Shown here piece by piece: positions 50,318-59,017 of a stretch of 64,000 nucleotides of DNA. Both the position numbers and the translations under genes were made by a program. The stretch's first letter is position 1. Every line of letters starts with the position of its first letter. Below the pieces are notes generated by a model. The model was not told the origin of the DNA, did no database searches, and saw only the letters and a program-made list of their open reading frames with translations. Source of the stretch: Thermoanaerobaculia bacterium (GTDB lineage: Bacteria > Acidobacteriota > Thermoanaerobaculia > Multivoradales > Multivoraceae); NCBI GenBank assembly GCA_963664405.1, contig OY761158.1, forward strand, positions 4,928,001 to 4,992,000, written 5' to 3'.

Positions 50318-51438
50318 CCACGAGGAGAGTGGCCCCGGGCCGCTGGCTGATCCTCGTCGGTCTGGTCTTCGTCGTGGGCGTGGTTTGGCCGCAGATGCCG
50401 CACCCCGATCACCTGGTGGTCGAAGTGCCTCACGACAGGCCGTACCCGTCGGTCGTGATCGAGCTCGAAGCGGATCCGGTCGACGGCTACAACCTTCATC
50501 TGGTCACCCGTAACTTCGAGTTCACCCCCGAGGCCGTCAATCAGGAGCTGGTGGCCAACCAGGGACACGCGCATCTGTTCCTCAACGGCGCCAAGGTGGC
50601 TCGCCTCTACTCCGCGTGGAGGCATCTGCCGCAGGCGCTCTTCGAGGAAGGTGTGAATCGGCTCGAAGTCGTGCTCAACGCCAACGACCACTCCACCTGG
50701 GGCATCGCCGGCGAACCGATCGGTGAGGAGCTGCTGACCTATTCGGGAGCCACCAGCGGGAGCCCGATCGTTTACGGCGATGTCAGCTACCGAAGCAGCT
50801 GGTTTTGGGGACGAGCCAAAGCTCATCGATCGGGAAGGGGTTGGAGGACGACCAACGATCTGGGGTACGAGGTCCACGTTCGGGCCGGACGTGTGGTGAC
50901 CCGGAACCTCGAGCTGGTGCCTTGTCACGCACCTTCCGGGAGCATGTCGATGGCACGGCTGTTGGAGCTCTTCCGGCCGCCGGCGGTCCACGCCGGGCAC
51001 GCCAGCATGCTGCCGAATGCGTCCAGGATCTCGAAGTCTTTCGAAGATGACCTGGGGGATCCGAAGCCGCGAGAGATCGAAGTTCGCCGGGTGCGCGACC
51101 CAGAGTACTGTCAAGCTCACCTTTTGGTCGCCCGCCCCTCGGGCACCGCCCCGTCGGCAAGCAGCGTCGAGGTTTCCGGAACGTGGAAGAAGAAGGGCGG
51201 GGGGCGTTCCTCGTTCGAGATCGACGGCGGTGTCGCTTACGGCGAGTTGAAAGACCTGCGCGCCCTATCGGGGGGCGAGCCTGAGGCTCAGAGCATCATC
51301 GGGGGTGTTCGCGTCGAGCTGCGTCGTCGACTCGACACCTTGTTCGACGGAGTCGACTTCGAGACCATGGACTCCGCCGCCCAGGCCAACGCTGTTGCCC
51401 ACTCACTCGTCGGCGACGCCGAGCTGCTTGCCAACTAG
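50308..51438 (+). CDS. Hypothetical exported protein (possible metal-binding GHAHLF)
   Basis: NFEFTPE..GHAHLFLNG..LNANDH. Confidence 0.6.
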   Translation: MRLTTRRVAPGRWLILVGLVFVVGVVWPQMPHPDHLVVEVPHDRPYPSVVIELEADPVDGYNLHLVTRNFEFTPEAVNQELVANQGHAHLFLNGAKVARLYSAWRHLPQALFEEGVNRLEVVLNANDHSTWGIAGEPIGEELLTYSGATSGSPIVYGDVSYRSSWFWGRAKAHRSGRGWRTTNDLGYEVHVRAGRVVTRNLELVPCHAPSGSMSMARLLELFRPPAVHAGHASMLPNASRISKSFEDDLGDPKPREIEVRRVRDPEYCQAHLLVARPSGTAPSASSVEVSGTWKKKGGGRSSFEIDGGVAYGELKDLRALSGGEPEAQSIIGGVRVELRRRLDTLFDGVDFETMDSAAQANAVAHSLVGDAELLAN

Positions 51439-51604
51439 ACCGGCGGAGCCAGGCGGACAGTCTCCTCTCGGTGCGATCTCGGCGCGCGCCGCATCGCGTT
51501 CGATTTTGCGGCGGAACTATAGCCTAGGCCTTGATTCGGCCTGCTCGCTCGGCGATCACGGGCTGGTACTCTGCGGCCGGTGACAGTAGATTAGGGAGGT
51601 CGTT

Positions 51605-51976
51605 GTGGAGACGCGCGCTTACTTTGTAGTTGGCGATCTACTGTCGACCTGCGTGATCGGCACTGCCGTCGGCGGGGTCACCGGCCTGGCAGTGCCGGCA
51701 GGATGGTCGATGCCGATGGGCATGATGGCCGGAATGCTTCTGGGTATGGTACTCGCCCTGCCGCTCTCTCTGGTCTTCATGCCCGCCTTTGGCGCGATGG
51801 AGATCATGCTGCCTGGGATGCTTGCCGGAATGGTGTCGGGGATGGCTTCCGGCATGGCAGTTGCGGCGGGGGCCGTGAACGGTCTCGAGACACTCGCGGT
51901 CGGCGCAGGGTGTGGGCTCCTGGTCTTTGTCTATACCTATGCGCTCAATGCCAGGTTCGGAGGGCTACGCCGTTGA
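51605..51976 (+). CDS. Met/Gly-rich membrane protein
   Basis: GGGAGG RBS; several TM segments; coupled to the methyltransferase. Confidence 0.7.
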   Translation: METRAYFVVGDLLSTCVIGTAVGGVTGLAVPAGWSMPMGMMAGMLLGMVLALPLSLVFMPAFGAMEIMLPGMLAGMVSGMASGMAVAAGAVNGLETLAVGAGCGLLVFVYTYALNARFGGLRR

Positions 51977-52581
51977 CGGACGCTGCAACACGCGACAAGT
52001 GGGACCGGGCGGCGAAGACTTTCGACCTGATGAACGGAGCCGGTCCGGAGAAGCGATGGGGCGCGGTGAAGAGCCGGCTGTTCTCGCTCATGCAGGGCCG
52101 AGTTCTCTTCGTCGCCGCGGGAACCGGACTGGATTTTCGATTCTTTCCGCCGGGTCAGCAGATCGTCGCTATCGACATCAGCCCGCGCATGCTGGAACAG
52201 GCGACGCTCAAGGCGGCTTCCTACGACGGCGAGCTCGAGCTACGAGAGATGGACGTTCACGATCTCGAGTTTGCGGACGGGAGCTTCGACCAGGTCTTCA
52301 CTTCGTGCACGTTCTGCTCGGTACCGAATCCGGTGAAGGGGCTCGAGGCCCTGCGAAGAGCTCTCGTACCCGGCGGCGAGCTGCACATGTTCGAGCACAC
52401 CGGCAGCCGACTCTTTCCTTTCAACCTCATGCTCCGCGCCATGACCCCGCTGAGCCGTCGAGTAGGACCCGAGCTCGACCGAGATACCCCCGCGAATGTG
52501 GAGCAGGCGGGCTTCGACGACATCGAGGTGGAGAATGTCTTCCTCGACGTAGTCCGCCTCATCCACGCGCGGAAGGTCTAG
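51973..52581 (+). CDS. Class I SAM-dependent methyltransferase
   Basis: VLFVAAGTG, IDISPRML, DGSFDQV, FCSVPNP, PGG. Confidence 0.85.
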   Translation: MTDAATRDKWDRAAKTFDLMNGAGPEKRWGAVKSRLFSLMQGRVLFVAAGTGLDFRFFPPGQQIVAIDISPRMLEQATLKAASYDGELELREMDVHDLEFADGSFDQVFTSCTFCSVPNPVKGLEALRRALVPGGELHMFEHTGSRLFPFNLMLRAMTPLSRRVGPELDRDTPANVEQAGFDDIEVENVFLDVVRLIHARKV

Positions 52582-53264
52582 CTTTTCCTTTCGCGAAACT
52601 GTTTTCTCACGGCGGAAGGCGTGACCTTGATCTTGCTCCAGCGGGCGACGGTCTCAGGGTCGATGGGGTCTTTGCCGGCGAGAAACATCTCCATGTAGGG
52701 GAAGTCGTCGTAGCCGAAGAAGAGCTCCTCTCGAACGATCATCGTCGGCACGGCGAAAACTCCGGCGGCGATGGCGTCGTCGGTCTGCCGGCGCAGGCGC
52801 GCCTTGATCTCGGGATCGCTCGCCTTCTCGACGATCGCTCGACCGTCGAGGCCGGCGGCATCGGCCACCGCCTCGACAACCGCCGGCTCGCTGACGTGGC
52901 GCCTCTCGGCCCAGACCGCGAGAAAGAGCCCGTCGATGAGGCGCCGCCGTGGGTCGGGCTCTAGATCCAGGGAAGACACCCGCAGCGAGAGAAGGGGGTT
53001 GTACGGGTGGTGCAGGGGCGGCTGTAGCGGCACGCCGAGAATCGCCGCCTTGCGCATGACGTTTCGCCCCATCCACCTCGCTTTGGGTCTCACCTCGGCC
53101 GGACCCATCTGGCCGTGGGCGCCGAGCAGGCCGGCGAAGAGCACCGGGATCGGCTCGAGGGTGACGCCGTATTCTTCTTCGAGGCGTGCCAGCTGGGTCC
53201 AGGCGATATAGGCGTTATTCGAGATGTAGTCGAAGTAGAAGCGTAGTGGATCGTTGGCGGTCAT
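52578..53264 (-). CDS. 2-hydroxychromene-2-carboxylate isomerase / GST-kappa (DsbA-like)
   Basis: FYFDYIS, GVFAVPT, FFGYD. Confidence 0.85.
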   Translation of the reverse strand: MTANDPLRFYFDYISNNAYIAWTQLARLEEEYGVTLEPIPVLFAGLLGAHGQMGPAEVRPKARWMGRNVMRKAAILGVPLQPPLHHPYNPLLSLRVSSLDLEPDPRRRLIDGLFLAVWAERRHVSEPAVVEAVADAAGLDGRAIVEKASDPEIKARLRRQTDDAIAAGVFAVPTMIVREELFFGYDDFPYMEMFLAGKDPIDPETVARWSKIKVTPSAVRKQFRERKS

Positions 53265-53273
53265 GGGATGGGC

Positions 53274-55082
53274 TCAGCGAGAGGCGCCGGTCGGACTCTG
53301 CCCTGCTGGCGGCAGGACGGCCGCGCCTGGCTTCTCGATCCACCAAGAACGTGTGCCAGGGCGAAACGCGGTTACGCCAGAGGGAGCGACCTCGACTCCT
53401 CTCATTCGCTTCGAGAAGCCCCAGGTCGTGCTGTACTCCCACAACCAGAGCACCGCCTGATCCTCGTAGACGACACGCTGAATCTCGCGAAAAAGCCCCG
53501 CACGCTTCTCCCTGTCGAGCTCGAGGCGGGAGCGGTCGAAGAGCTCGTCGACTTCGGGGTTGGAGTAGCTATCGTAATTACGGCCATTGTCGATGGCGTC
53601 GGTGTGGAAGAAGTTGCGCCAGATGTCGGGGTCGGAGAACACCTGGTAGGTGTCGATGTGACCGACGTACTCGTGCTCGACCATCATCTGTTGCCGGCTG
53701 GCGTTCTCCTGGATCTCGGTGGCGAAGGAGACACCGATTCGACGTAGGTCGTCGCGATAGATGTCGGCAAAGCGGCGGGCATCGACGAAGGACTGAGCAA
53801 GGTTCAAGACGAAGTGGAATTGCACCCGCTCGCCGTCGATGGTTTTGTAACGCCAGCCGTCGTCGGGGTCGGTCAGCCAACCGGCTTCGTCGAGGAGCGC
53901 CGCTGCCCGATCGAGGTCGTAATCGAGGATCTCGATGTCGGGGTTGTGAGCCCAGTGGGTCGGGCCGAACATTCCGTTCGACGGCGTGTAGAGATTCCAG
54001 GTAACCTGGCGTAAGACGCGCTTGCGGTCGTAGGCGTGAGCCATTGCTTGACGCACCCGCTTGTCGGTAAAAAAGGGAGTCTTGCCGCTCTTGTCCCAGC
54101 CGATGAAGGCCTGCATCCAACGTGGTTTCCAAGCCTTGACGCCGACTTCGCGAAACGCTTCGTCGTTGGTCTGGCTGCCGTGCTGTTGCACCGTGAGCCA
54201 GATGTCGTCGAGCGTGCCTTTGCGGAACTGCAGAAGAGCTGTGTTGCGGTCGGGCTGGCTGGTGACTACCTGGCGCCAGATCGGGGGCTGCTCGAAGGGG
54301 TAATCCTCCCAACGTTCCACCACGACCCGGTCCCCCTCGATCCATTCGACGAAGCGATAGGGCCCGTTGCCGATGCCAAGCTCCCTCTTGTAGCGATTGA
54401 AGAAGGTGCTCGAGCGCATGGTGGGATCTTTGGCGCGCTCTTCGGGGTTGTCGAGAAGATGCTTCGGCAGAGTGGGGAAGTACATATTGTCGATCGCCAA
54501 CGCTGTGATCTGGCGATGGACCACCTCGAAAGTGTGGTCGTCGAGAACGCGGATGTCGTCGATCTCTGAGACTTTGTACTTCGCATCGAGTGCGGGAACG
54601 CTGTCGTCGGAGATGGCCTCATAGGTGAAGCGCACGTCGTGCGCGGTGAACGGCTCGCCGTCGTGCCACCGCAGAAAAGGATGCAGATGGACGCGATGAA
54701 TGAGTCCGCCTTCGAGCTCCTCGACGTGGTCGACGATGTTGGGGTTCCAGACCGCCTGCAGCTCCGAGTTGCGATGCGCAACGTAATCGAAGAGGAGCTC
54801 GTAGAGATAGCCGTCCGCCCAGGCACCGGAGAAGAGGGGGTTCAAGGAAGTTGGCTTGTCGAGCGCGTAGCGGATCACGGTGGCTTCGGTATCGGCTCGA
54901 TAGCGCTCGGACTCGGTGAGCGGCTCGAAGAGCGATGCAGGGTTTGCCGCTGGATCGGCAACCGGATCGTAGGACTGGCTCGAGTCCGATGTCTGTCTGG
55001 GGTCGCTCAGACAGCCCGCGAAAAAGGCTGCTGCGGCGATGAGGGGAGCACCCACAGAACGAGCGGATCGTCTCGATTCCAT
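53274..55082 (-). CDS. Peptide/nickel ABC transporter substrate-binding lipoprotein (family 5)
   Basis: FAGC lipobox; WHDGEPFTAHDVRFT, GNGPYRF, VRQAMAHA, NYDSYSNPEVD. Confidence 0.9.
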   Translation of the reverse strand: MESRRSARSVGAPLIAAAAFFAGCLSDPRQTSDSSQSYDPVADPAANPASLFEPLTESERYRADTEATVIRYALDKPTSLNPLFSGAWADGYLYELLFDYVAHRNSELQAVWNPNIVDHVEELEGGLIHRVHLHPFLRWHDGEPFTAHDVRFTYEAISDDSVPALDAKYKVSEIDDIRVLDDHTFEVVHRQITALAIDNMYFPTLPKHLLDNPEERAKDPTMRSSTFFNRYKRELGIGNGPYRFVEWIEGDRVVVERWEDYPFEQPPIWRQVVTSQPDRNTALLQFRKGTLDDIWLTVQQHGSQTNDEAFREVGVKAWKPRWMQAFIGWDKSGKTPFFTDKRVRQAMAHAYDRKRVLRQVTWNLYTPSNGMFGPTHWAHNPDIEILDYDLDRAAALLDEAGWLTDPDDGWRYKTIDGERVQFHFVLNLAQSFVDARRFADIYRDDLRRIGVSFATEIQENASRQQMMVEHEYVGHIDTYQVFSDPDIWRNFFHTDAIDNGRNYDSYSNPEVDELFDRSRLELDREKRAGLFREIQRVVYEDQAVLWLWEYSTTWGFSKRMRGVEVAPSGVTAFRPGTRSWWIEKPGAAVLPPAGQSPTGASR

Positions 55083-55160
55083 CCAAACACCGTAGCAGAG
55101 AGGCTCAGTCTCCGGAAGTGATTGCTGTCACTTCCTGCGGCTAGCCGAGTCGAGGATCAA

Positions 55161-55260
55161 CCGGGGCTAGGAGCGTGTCCGAGAATTCGGACACGCGAGT
55201 AGTTCTTAGGGGGGGATGGGCCGGAGAACGGGCCGCAGGCCCGTTTTTCCGGGGCTAGGA
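55161..55260. repeat. Two hairpins bracketed by a 12-bp direct repeat ccggggctagga
   Basis: DR at 55161-55172 and 55249-55260; hairpins at 55173-55196 and 55221-55252. Confidence 0.55.
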
Positions 55261-55315
55261 TAAGCTCTTATGCCTCCGCTATCGGATCCAGCTCGAGAGG
55301 AGGTCGCTCGACTCG

Positions 55316-56248
55316 ATGAAGACGATCGTAGCCCTGTTGTCTCTTACAGCTACCGTCGCGGCGTCGGCCCAGGAACCCTGCAAGCCCTCTCGATGGGGGG
55401 CGGACGACGAGATCGGCAACACCAATCTGATCACCACCGAATCGGTGCTTGCGGCGTCGAAGCTGATCACGACCGGCAAGACCTACAGTCTCGGCATCAC
55501 TATCGACAGTACGACGCCCGCCTTCGCGCCACGCGGAATGATGCTGCAGGTGGTCCAGCCGAATCAGCAGCAGGGGCGGGCCGCCTTCCCCAACGCGACT
55601 TACAACGATGACATTTTTCAGGGCTGGTTCGGTATCGGTCCCCAGATCGACGGCCTGGGCCACATCGGCTCTCCCGACGGCGTGTACTACAACTGCAATG
55701 ACGCCAAAGATTTCGCCTTCATCACCGGCTTGACCAAGCTGGGCATCGAGAAGGTGCCGCCCATCGTCGCCCGCGGCATCGTGCTCGACATGGCCGGGCA
55801 TTTCGGCGTCGACCATATGGAAGCGGGCCAGTCTTTCACGGTCGATGACGTCAAGGCAGTGGAAAAGAAGCAGGCGACGCCGGTACAAGAGGGCGACGTG
55901 GTCCTGTTCCACACCGGCTGGACCGACGCCAAGCTGGAGTCGGATCCCGACACCTGGGGGACCGCCGAGCCGGGCCAGAGTGAGGAGGTCGCGCGCTATC
56001 TCGCTTCGAAGAACGTAGTGGCGGTTGGCGCCGACACCTGGGGTGTCGACGTCGTGCCTCCCGCTGATGCGAACCGCCCCTTCCAGGGGCATGTGATTCT
56101 GCTACAGGAGAACGGCATCCACATTCTCGAGACCATGAATACCGGACCGCTCGTGCGCGACGGGGCCTTCGAGTTCATGTTCGTGCTCGGCCAGGCGAAG
56201 GTGAGAGGCGCCGTTCAGATGATCATCAATCCGATCGCGATTCGTTGA
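55316..56248 (+). CDS. Secreted cyclase (kynurenine formamidase-like) family protein
   Basis: WGADDEIG, GPQIDGLGH, GDVVLFHTGW, VGADTWG, GIHILE. Confidence 0.85.
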   Translation: MKTIVALLSLTATVAASAQEPCKPSRWGADDEIGNTNLITTESVLAASKLITTGKTYSLGITIDSTTPAFAPRGMMLQVVQPNQQQGRAAFPNATYNDDIFQGWFGIGPQIDGLGHIGSPDGVYYNCNDAKDFAFITGLTKLGIEKVPPIVARGIVLDMAGHFGVDHMEAGQSFTVDDVKAVEKKQATPVQEGDVVLFHTGWTDAKLESDPDTWGTAEPGQSEEVARYLASKNVVAVGADTWGVDVVPPADANRPFQGHVILLQENGIHILETMNTGPLVRDGAFEFMFVLGQAKVRGAVQMIINPIAIR

Positions 56249-56510
56249 GGGGCAACGTCCTATTCTCGTCTGTGATCAATAGAATCATAGGCTTACGAGG
56301 ACTCCGCTCTTTGCGAGCCAGGTGCCACCCGAAAGTGTCGAACGAAGAGCAGATAGAGACTCAGAGACGTCCCGGCCAGCAATCCACCAACAAACGGGTG
56401 GCACCGTTGGCAGCCGAAGGCTGCCGGGGGCACGCGAGCGCGTAGAGGAATGGATTCACATTTGCGACGGGCGATGATCTCGTGATCCGATGCCAGAGGG
56501 AGGCCAGAGA

Positions 56511-57348
56511 ATGAAGCTCAAACAACCGACCTTTCTCATCCCGCTTGGCGGTCTCGTTCTGGTGCTGGGGATGGGCTGCTCGGATGCCTTGCCAGAGGCC
56601 GAGAAGGGAGAACAGGGAGGGGCCCGACGTCGCGTCACCGGTCCCGGCATCGGGAGCTGAAAAGCCCACAAGCTTGCCTATCGTCGACCGAGCCATCGAA
56701 TTCCACGGCGGCGACATCTACGAGGCCTCAAGGACCGCTCTAACGGTGACGTCGCGGTCGGGAAGTTTCGACCTCCTCGTGACGAGGAACAGCGGCGAGT
56801 TCGACTACACCGTGACGGGAAAGGTCGGCCGCGACCAGGTCGAGCGCAAGGTCCACTACATGAACACATCGGTGGAGCGTTGGGACAATGGTGAACCGTT
56901 CGAGCTCGACGAGGAAACGGCGCAGCGGGCCCGCAATTTCGTGAACGCCAGGGTCTACTTCCCCTTCCTGCCGTATGGGATCAATGGCGCTGAGGTATAC
57001 CGGGAGGATCTCGGGGTCGACATCTGGGAGGGCAAAGAGCTACACAAGGTTCGAGTGAGCTTCGAGCCGGGCACGTCGACGGACGCCGACGACCAATACA
57101 TGTACTGGTTCGATCCGGAGACCGGCGAGATGGCGATGTTCGGGTACGACTTCACGAACGGCCTTCGCCTGCGCAAGGTCAGCGGGTCGCAGCGGGTTGG
57201 CGGTGTGCTCTTCACGGATCAGGAGAACTACGCGATCGACGGGCAGGGCTTCTCGGTCCTCCAGCTGACGCCGGACTTCGTCGCCGAGAACATGGAGCTG
57301 CTCTCGACCGTGAAGCTCTCGAACGTGGAGGTGCAGGGGTCGAATTGA
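56511..57348 (+). pseudogene. DUF6503-like lipoprotein, frameshifted near 56615-56625
   Basis: ATG 56511 MKLKQ..LVLGMGC lipobox in one frame; body IVDRAIEFHGG..YFPFLPY..YMYWFDP in the +1 frame. Confidence 0.7.
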
Positions 57349-57350
57349 GC

Positions 57351-57379
57351 CTGTCGCGATGCACCGAATTTCACGACCG
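57351..57379 (+). repeat. 29-bp putative recombination site 1
   Basis: ctgtcgcgatg-caccgaa-tttcacgaccg; 2 nt after stop at 57348. Confidence 0.6.
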
Positions 57380-57420
57380 CCCGCCCCTCCGCTCAGAGGC
57401 TTATTTACTTTCGGCTATTC

Positions 57421-57432
57421 TTGTCGCAGTCC
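57421..57432 (+). repeat. Site 2, left part (split by IS110)
   Basis: ttgtcgcagtcC joins 58999-59015 to give ttgtcgcagtc-cgccaga-tttcacgacac. Confidence 0.75.
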
Positions 57433-57459
57433 CAAGGGATGAGATGTCAAGACAAATCT

Positions 57460-57828
57460 TTCCTAGGCCCTCGACGACTTGATATCGAGCGCGGTACTTT
57501 CCGTTACCGAGCCGGTCCGCTACGCGCAGTTCGGTCCTCAGATCGGTTGTGTGAGCGGTGCGGCGTTGGAGATAAGAAGCGAGTTTTGGTGTCCTACTAG
57601 GTTTGTGGACCAACTTCCCAACGGGGCCTCTTAGGCCATTTCTTCTTTCGGTCCTGTGAGGGGGCCTAGTTTCCGCCTGGTGACTTCCACCGTCTTCGAT
57701 GGGGCCGATGACGACACTGGAGACTTCCCCTCGACCTTTCGATCTCGCTGCCGATCCCGCTCCCGATCCAGGCTCCTGAGCTACGTCAGCCTGCAGACGG
57801 CTCGAGCAAGGAGCGGAGAAGGGGTGGC
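57460..57828 (-). ncRNA. Putative bridge/seek RNA of the IS110 (boundaries approximate)
   Basis: Contains GUGUCGUCAUC (57717-57707) and CCAGGCGGA (57680-57672), which match the target-site consensus. Confidence 0.6.
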
Positions 57829-58863
57829 TCAGCTCATGGGTTTGTACTCGCTTTCGGTCTTCCACATCGCCAAAACGATGGCCGCGAGCTTGCGCGCCAG
57901 CGTCAGCTGCGCCAGGTTCGGGTTCGTCCCGGCTTCTAGCATGCGGTCGTAGTGGTTGCGGAAGGGGTTGGGCGCCAACATCGTGCGCGCTGAGAGCGCC
58001 GCGCCCTTGAAGACCGCTTTCAGCGGCCGGTTGGATGCCCGATTCAAACCGCGGGTCTGGATCACCGGTGCGCGCACCCAGTGCCCGGACTGCTGGACCC
58101 AGTCCGAGGAGCTCCGAGTCACGATTCCCAGACCACAGTACGACCAAAACTGCCGCTTGGTGCGAAACCGGTGCGGTGTGACCACCGTTGCGAGCAGGAT
58201 CGCGGCTCGCTTCTTGGCAATCCCCGGTGCGGTCTGCAGCGTGCTCCAGACCGGAAACTGCGCAGCCGCAGCGTGCATCTGTTTCTCTGCTTTCTCGTGG
58301 AGCTCTGCGAGCAAATCGATCTGCTCGCCCCAGATCTCCGCGCACGGACGTCCGCTCGGAGGCAGCTGTTTTACCCACTTCGAGCGATGCCGTGGTAGGT
58401 AGAGGTCGCCGTTGGGGCACGTCACCCCCCGCCGACGGTAAAGGCTGTTCAAGCGCAGCTTCGTGCGAGTCAGATCCTGGGTCAGCTTCGACTCCAGGCG
58501 CACCGCTTCGCGCAAACGAGCCCACTCCTGCCCGGGCTTGTACACCGGCGGGCCCGTCCGATTCGTCCGCAGACGCTCTGCCAGCTCCCGAGCATCGCAG
58601 GCATCGCTCTTCGGACCTCGACGCTTCTCGGGCCGACAGACCACCAGGCGAGCCACCCACGGTGTCAGAATCTCTGAGATCCACTCGCCCCACTCGCCCT
58701 CTTCCACACAGACGTGCAGCGGCCCTCGAAGCTCCCGCACCGTCTTGACCAGCTCCGACCCTTCGGTCGGCACCACCATCTGCTTGACCTTCTTGCCTCG
58801 CGGGCTCACCAACGCCAGCGTGCAGCTGTCGCGGTGGGGATCGATGCCAAGGTATCGTTCCAT
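57829..58863 (-). CDS. IS110-family transposase/recombinase
   Basis: YLGIDPH, CVEEG, KSDACDA (DEDD); APGIA, RF..KRQFWSYCGLGIVTRSS, LARKLA. Confidence 0.95.
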   Translation of the reverse strand: MERYLGIDPHRDSCTLALVSPRGKKVKQMVVPTEGSELVKTVRELRGPLHVCVEEGEWGEWISEILTPWVARLVVCRPEKRRGPKSDACDARELAERLRTNRTGPPVYKPGQEWARLREAVRLESKLTQDLTRTKLRLNSLYRRRGVTCPNGDLYLPRHRSKWVKQLPPSGRPCAEIWGEQIDLLAELHEKAEKQMHAAAAQFPVWSTLQTAPGIAKKRAAILLATVVTPHRFRTKRQFWSYCGLGIVTRSSSDWVQQSGHWVRAPVIQTRGLNRASNRPLKAVFKGAALSARTMLAPNPFRNHYDRMLEAGTNPNLAQLTLARKLAAIVLAMWKTESEYKPMS

Positions 58864-58998
58864 CTTGGTCCTCCTTCCTGGGTCCAAGCCCAGGTGTTTG
58901 TGTTTCCCTAAGCTTGACGCCTTCGGGGGAGGACCACTCAAGAATATTCATCGACATCGTCCGGGGGCGCCACCCGCGCGCCATCCCATGATGTTTGC

Positions 58999-59015
58999 GC
59001 CAGATTTCACGACAC
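58999..59015 (+). repeat. Site 2, right part
   Basis: gccagatttcacgacac; 2 nt from the kinase stop at 59018. Confidence 0.75.
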
Positions 59016-59017
59016 GT

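Larger units (their letters stand above)
57433..58998 (-). mobile_element. IS110-family element with long 3' non-coding region
   Basis: No TSD; removal restores a 29-bp site; circle junction gives TTGACA-17-CATCAT. Confidence 0.85.

Noticed and set aside
9583-56625. Frameshifts at about 9585, 47775 and 56620 as programmed recoding
   Set aside because: Each is a single extra base in a short homopolymer; decay or sequencing error is simpler without read data
57401-58984. 527-aa ORF spanning the IS110
   Set aside because: Alternative frame overlapping the transposase and non-coding end, with no recognisable motifs
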